Of a stretch of DNA of 64,000 bases, positions 59,886 to 64,000 are shown in pieces; the first letter of the stretch is position 1, and the number at the start of each line of letters is the position of its first letter. The stretch spans positions 3,224,001-3,288,000 of the forward strand of contig CATNEN010000030.1 in the NCBI GenBank assembly GCA_950097015.1, read 5' to 3'. Source of the stretch: Macrostomum hystrix. Taxonomy: Eukaryota; Animalia; Platyhelminthes. Made by a program: the position numbers and the translations under genes. The notes under the pieces were generated by a model. That model made no database searches. It was given only the letters and a program-made list of their open reading frames with translations, and had not been told where the DNA came from.

Positions 59886-61670
59886 AACAGACAGAATCTG
59901 ATTAGGGTGGCGGTTTCAAAGACAGGACGCTTATAATGTTCCAATGGATTTCTATAGGCAATAGAACTGAAGCGCAAGACTAAAAGAGAATACTAATTTG
60001 CAAAACATCCTTCAATCTTTAGGGGGTATAGTAGGACCAGCTAATTCACTGTTTGATGGCTTGCAGATTTCGCAACGTCTTCTGAAATTTATGCCAATAG
60101 TGACAGATCCGCTAAGTGAACTTGACGTTTATATTGTAACTGGGGTGAAACTGAGCTTATTACGAAAAATGGAACAACAGTTTTCAAGGGGCAAGATGTA
60201 AATTTTAGCTGATGATGATTGAGATCAACTTTGAATTGGAGCACTAAAATTAATAAGTTAAATGATCGTTAAAATGCCACAATGCCCAAGAAACTTATTG
60301 TGCTTATTCAAACCATGAACCGAATGACTTGGTGGGTACATTTGATGCGAAATACCACCCAATACGGTATTTATTGTCTGCAACCTTTCCATGGCCATAA
60401 ATAATATAGTCGCCTTAAATGATGGATCGCAATAGGCCCTGTATATAGTAGACTGACTGTTATACATTATAAAAATGACGCATTGCTATATATTCAGCAC
60501 TGAGATCATTCTTTAAGGAATTCGTGCGACCTAAACACGCTCTGCATACTTCTCCTACTCTTCACGCGTATGGGTAAATTCTTTTGTTAGACTAATTAGA
60601 CAATGCCAGTGATTATGGAAAATTTATCAGCCACTTGTGATACGGAATGCAATACAGTAGCGTGTGTGTGCCACCACCTGTATAAATAATACTGAGTATA
60701 AATAACAATCAACTATATAGCAATGCGGCAATGACAAATGGCCCAAGCCTTCTTAATATTCACATTTTTGTGACAATACAAGAACAAGTCATTCAAAAGA
60801 AGAGGTCGGCATATTTAAGAAAGTATATAGCTTTCGGAAGTCAGTCTATGGTAGGTTTTCCTTTTAGACGTTTTATCTTTTGAAAATGAAGTCTTAATTT
60901 CCGATTGGTTCAGTTACCCCATGGTGAGGTAACTTAGAAGCCTGGGTGAGTGTGTAGTCTCTGTCCATGGACTGAACAGCTAATTCCTTCTTCTCTCTTC
61001 TTTGTAATCGAGAAGCAACATTCTTATTAATTCCGAATCCTACCGCATGAATTTCTAATCTTGCTAATGAATAGATACGAGTTTGGTGAAAAGCCTTGAA
61101 TACTACTTATAACAGATCTAAGTAGTATAGCCGAACAGAGTCAAAACAATTTAAAGTTTGAAATATTATAATTATTGTCGCGCAATCGCGTACAAGCGGG
61201 AGGCAAACTAAAGTAACGTATTTTTTCAGTTATATTTGAAGCATTTACAAGTTTGTAACAGCAGGCAGAGAAGAGGATAGTTAGTTCTCTACGCCAGCTG
61301 AACTGGATAGCATCATCGACAGATCGGCTTCAGCCAAGCGTTCAATATGGGGTCATATTTATTATAAAGAAAGATGCGGACGCATTCGCGCAGAGGCGAC
61401 ACAGACACAGGCGCGCGTAAACCATTAGAGACCAGAGGTGCGACACGGGGCAATGGGAGTACAAAAGGCTACTTAAAAAAACCGAGATTTGACCACTTCA
61501 ACATGTTCTTTAGAAACCACATTGCTTGATGACGGCTCGACTTGTCTATTATTTTATTGGAGTTTAGTCTATCGTTATTAGAAATGCTGCTATCATCAAA
61601 AATCCCCTTTTCTATATGAATTAGCCAGCTTAATAAAATGTTTCGACACAAGGTTAGGCTAGAGTGCGGC

Positions 61671-61907
61671 CTAGCAGCAGCCGCCACGCAGGGCCAGTAC
61701 CAGGTGCAGCACGGAGCCGCCTGTGATCTTTAATTCCTCGGCGGTCATAGCGTCGTTCATCTGCTTGCCTGAGAAGATTAGCCGCTGCTGGGGTGGCGGA
61801 ATGCCTTCTTTCTCTTCGACTCGCTCCTTGATTCGTTCCACTTTGTCAGTGGGCTCAATGTCAATCTCAATCTCTTTGCCAGTCAGGGTTTTCACTTTAA
61901 TTAGCAT
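61671..61907 (-). CDS. NEDD8: NEDD8 ubiquitin-like protein precursor, 78 aa, intronless CDS
   Basis: [38 protein letters not shown]...[14 protein letters not shown] followed by CC*. Ala72 is NEDD8-specific. Confidence 0.95.
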   Translation of the reverse strand: MLIKVKTLTGKEIEIDIEPTDKVERIKERVEEKEGIPPPQQRLIFSGKQMNDAMTAEELKITGGSVLHLVLALRGGCC

Positions 61908-61934
61908 TGTTTGTTGGATGAGTAAAAATCAGAT

Positions 61935-61955
61935 CTGAAAAAATGAAATTTAATG
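61935..61955 (-). promoter_or_regulatory. Splice acceptor 27 nt upstream of the NEDD8 ATG (5'UTR intron or trans-splice site)
   Basis: aaatttcattttttcag|ATCTGA on the minus strand, with no upstream coding exon required. Confidence 0.5.
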
Positions 61956-64000
61956 TTGTCATGCATTTATTAGTCCATAGGCTAACTGCAAGGATAACTA
62001 CAGAAAAAATGATAGAAGTACCTCTAGAGTTTTAGGCCTATTAGGAAGTGCCATAGGTCTTATCAATACTAGCTTATGTCATAATATGAATTTTTATATT
62101 GATTGATTCTACAAAACAATCCACTTGAAAAAATATTTAAACAAGAAATAAATATATAATCTTAAAAAGCTTTATTTTAAGACATAGTATTGTAATATAT
62201 AGAAAACATTCTTCCAAAAAGGCTAACACAGTTTGAAAATGTTTAATTACACTTATTTACAACTTTGAACTTGCTTTACCATATTAGAAAGGGAAGATGA
62301 ATAGAAACAGCTAGCTATTGTTCAGATGATAAGAGTTTTATTTTAAAGTTTATGCTTCATCCCTTAACATTATTATTGAGTTTTTTACGGTAAAAAACCT
62401 CTGGCTAATGGTTCATTATAACCCCAAGATCCAACCATAAAGGGCAGTTGGGCACATTGCAAGACAAAGCTACTGTCTATGCATGGAACAAGCAAAGCAC
62501 TATTTGACTCAATTTGAGTCATATCTACAATGACTTTTGTGCTCTAGTCTATACCTAGAGAAGAGCCACTTTGGCAACTTTCTATACTAGATGAGCCAAT
62601 ATTACTCTTTTTGATCAACTCTGTCAAACTCAGAACTTTTTATAGTTGTTTTATTATTTGGTAGGCCTAGTATTTTGTAAAATAATGAAATAAATGAAAC
62701 TGAATGACTGCCAATTAAACACAGTGGTCATTTATAGTAAACAATGAAGAGATAATTTGTATTTCCTAAGCATATTAGGAAAAATTAATCAGTAAAAGCC
62801 ATTTACAATTGGCTAGTCATAGACTTATATAGCCTGGTATATATAGCCATATTATTGTTAAGATTTAGAATCTCATCTAAACATTAGGGGCCAGGCCTAC
62901 TAATCTATAAAAACTGTAGTTAGACATGCTAAATAATAATATCTTTAATACAGTTCTTAATTCTTATAATAGCCTAGCTGGAGGCTTAAATTTATTTAAC
63001 TACTTAATTGCTAATATCATTACTCAAAATGGTAGACTAGCTTTATAATTCATTAAATGGGATGATTTAGATATAGGCCTAAAGCCTAAAACATAATACA
63101 TCAGCTAGCGGGTCCTGGGCCAATAAAAATTGACAAATAGGGGCCTACAAATAAACACTTAGGCCTTGCAGCTAGCAAGAAAGAAGTTTCATGGTGTTAC
63201 CAGGCTTAATATTAGCTACTTATACCATTGGCATTAGGTCTATTGCCATATTGGTTTTCTAATACAACAGGATTTTATCTTGAGGCTAGGCCTTACGCCC
63301 AAACATGGCTAGGATACTCTATAGGGACAGAACACAATCACTTTATCAGTGACCTTTCCTGTCTACCTTCTGTATTTTAGTCTGCCTCATTTAAGTAGAC
63401 GAGCCTAAACCAAGATGCGAGTGAAATGTGAAGAGAAATGCATAAAAACGAATAGGGGCCTAGGCCTAATAGATAAAATATAATAATCAGAGTAAAATTT
63501 TGAAAGTCTATTAATGTGGATATGCACTCTAAGTAGATAGTTTAAACGTAAATAAAGTTAGACTTGATAGAAATAAATTATAATTATAAAGATTTTTAAG
63601 TTAGACCATGACTAGGTGCAGTTAGCTATTAGTACTCTATAGAAGTTAGCGCAATTAGCAAAGCAACAAATCCAAATCCGTACATTTGTTTTTATTTTTT
63701 AACTGTTGTGTAACTGAAATTGTTTTCAAGTTTGTAAAAAATATTTGACTGCATATAAAATGCTTAAACTATGCGACTGAAACAAAAAACACTAACTGGT
63801 TGTTAAAAAAGGCAATAGCTTGGCTGAAAATTTTAACTTTAAGTGATTGTGTTTTTTATCACCACGATATTTAAATGATCGGTTACTAACATATCCCTTA
63901 TCATTGAAAGACATTGTATTCTTTCTCCACACTTTGAGTACATAGCTAAGCTAGCCGTATTGTTATATTTTAAATAGCTTACAACGAATCAGCAGTTGTG

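Noticed and set aside
61955-62000. gactaataaatgcatg upstream of NEDD8 as a second SL relic
   Set aside because: It needs gaps and matches only about 13 nt in AT-rich sequence; not distinguishable from chance.

Overview
Eukaryotic (animal) genomic DNA with GC-rich exons, AT-rich spacers, GT/GC-AG introns and about 25 separate tandem-repeat arrays. The most likely source is a macrostomid flatworm such as Macrostomum. That is an inference from the minisatellite load and a sequence resembling the Macrostomum spliced leader (SL). Six protein-coding genes were spliced by hand, with every junction checked for reading-frame phase: the 5' three exons of a SAC2/INPP5F phosphoinositide phosphatase (-), an 8-exon CLHC1 (+), a 3-exon secreted Ly6/three-finger protein (-), an intronless FGD-type RhoGEF (DH-PH-FYVE-PH, -), a 5-exon Iroquois homeobox gene (-) inside a roughly 40 kb gene-poor region, and NEDD8 (-). 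There are also two tRNA-derived SINE families and two non-autonomous DNA transposon (MITE) families. Most long ORFs in the supplied track are translations of satellite arrays, not genes. The most notable observations are: (1) a degenerate SL-like 45-mer in the CLHC1 3'UTR; (2) an FGD ORF with no own start codon but a phase-0 acceptor that would put the SL's terminal AUG in frame; (3) the homeodomain helix-3 exon of Irx bracketed by inverted copies of one 30-bp minisatellite; (4) a 13-15 bp core shared by arrays of different unit length tens of kb apart; (5) two consecutive GC-AG introns; (6) a Ly6 protein without a GPI tail.
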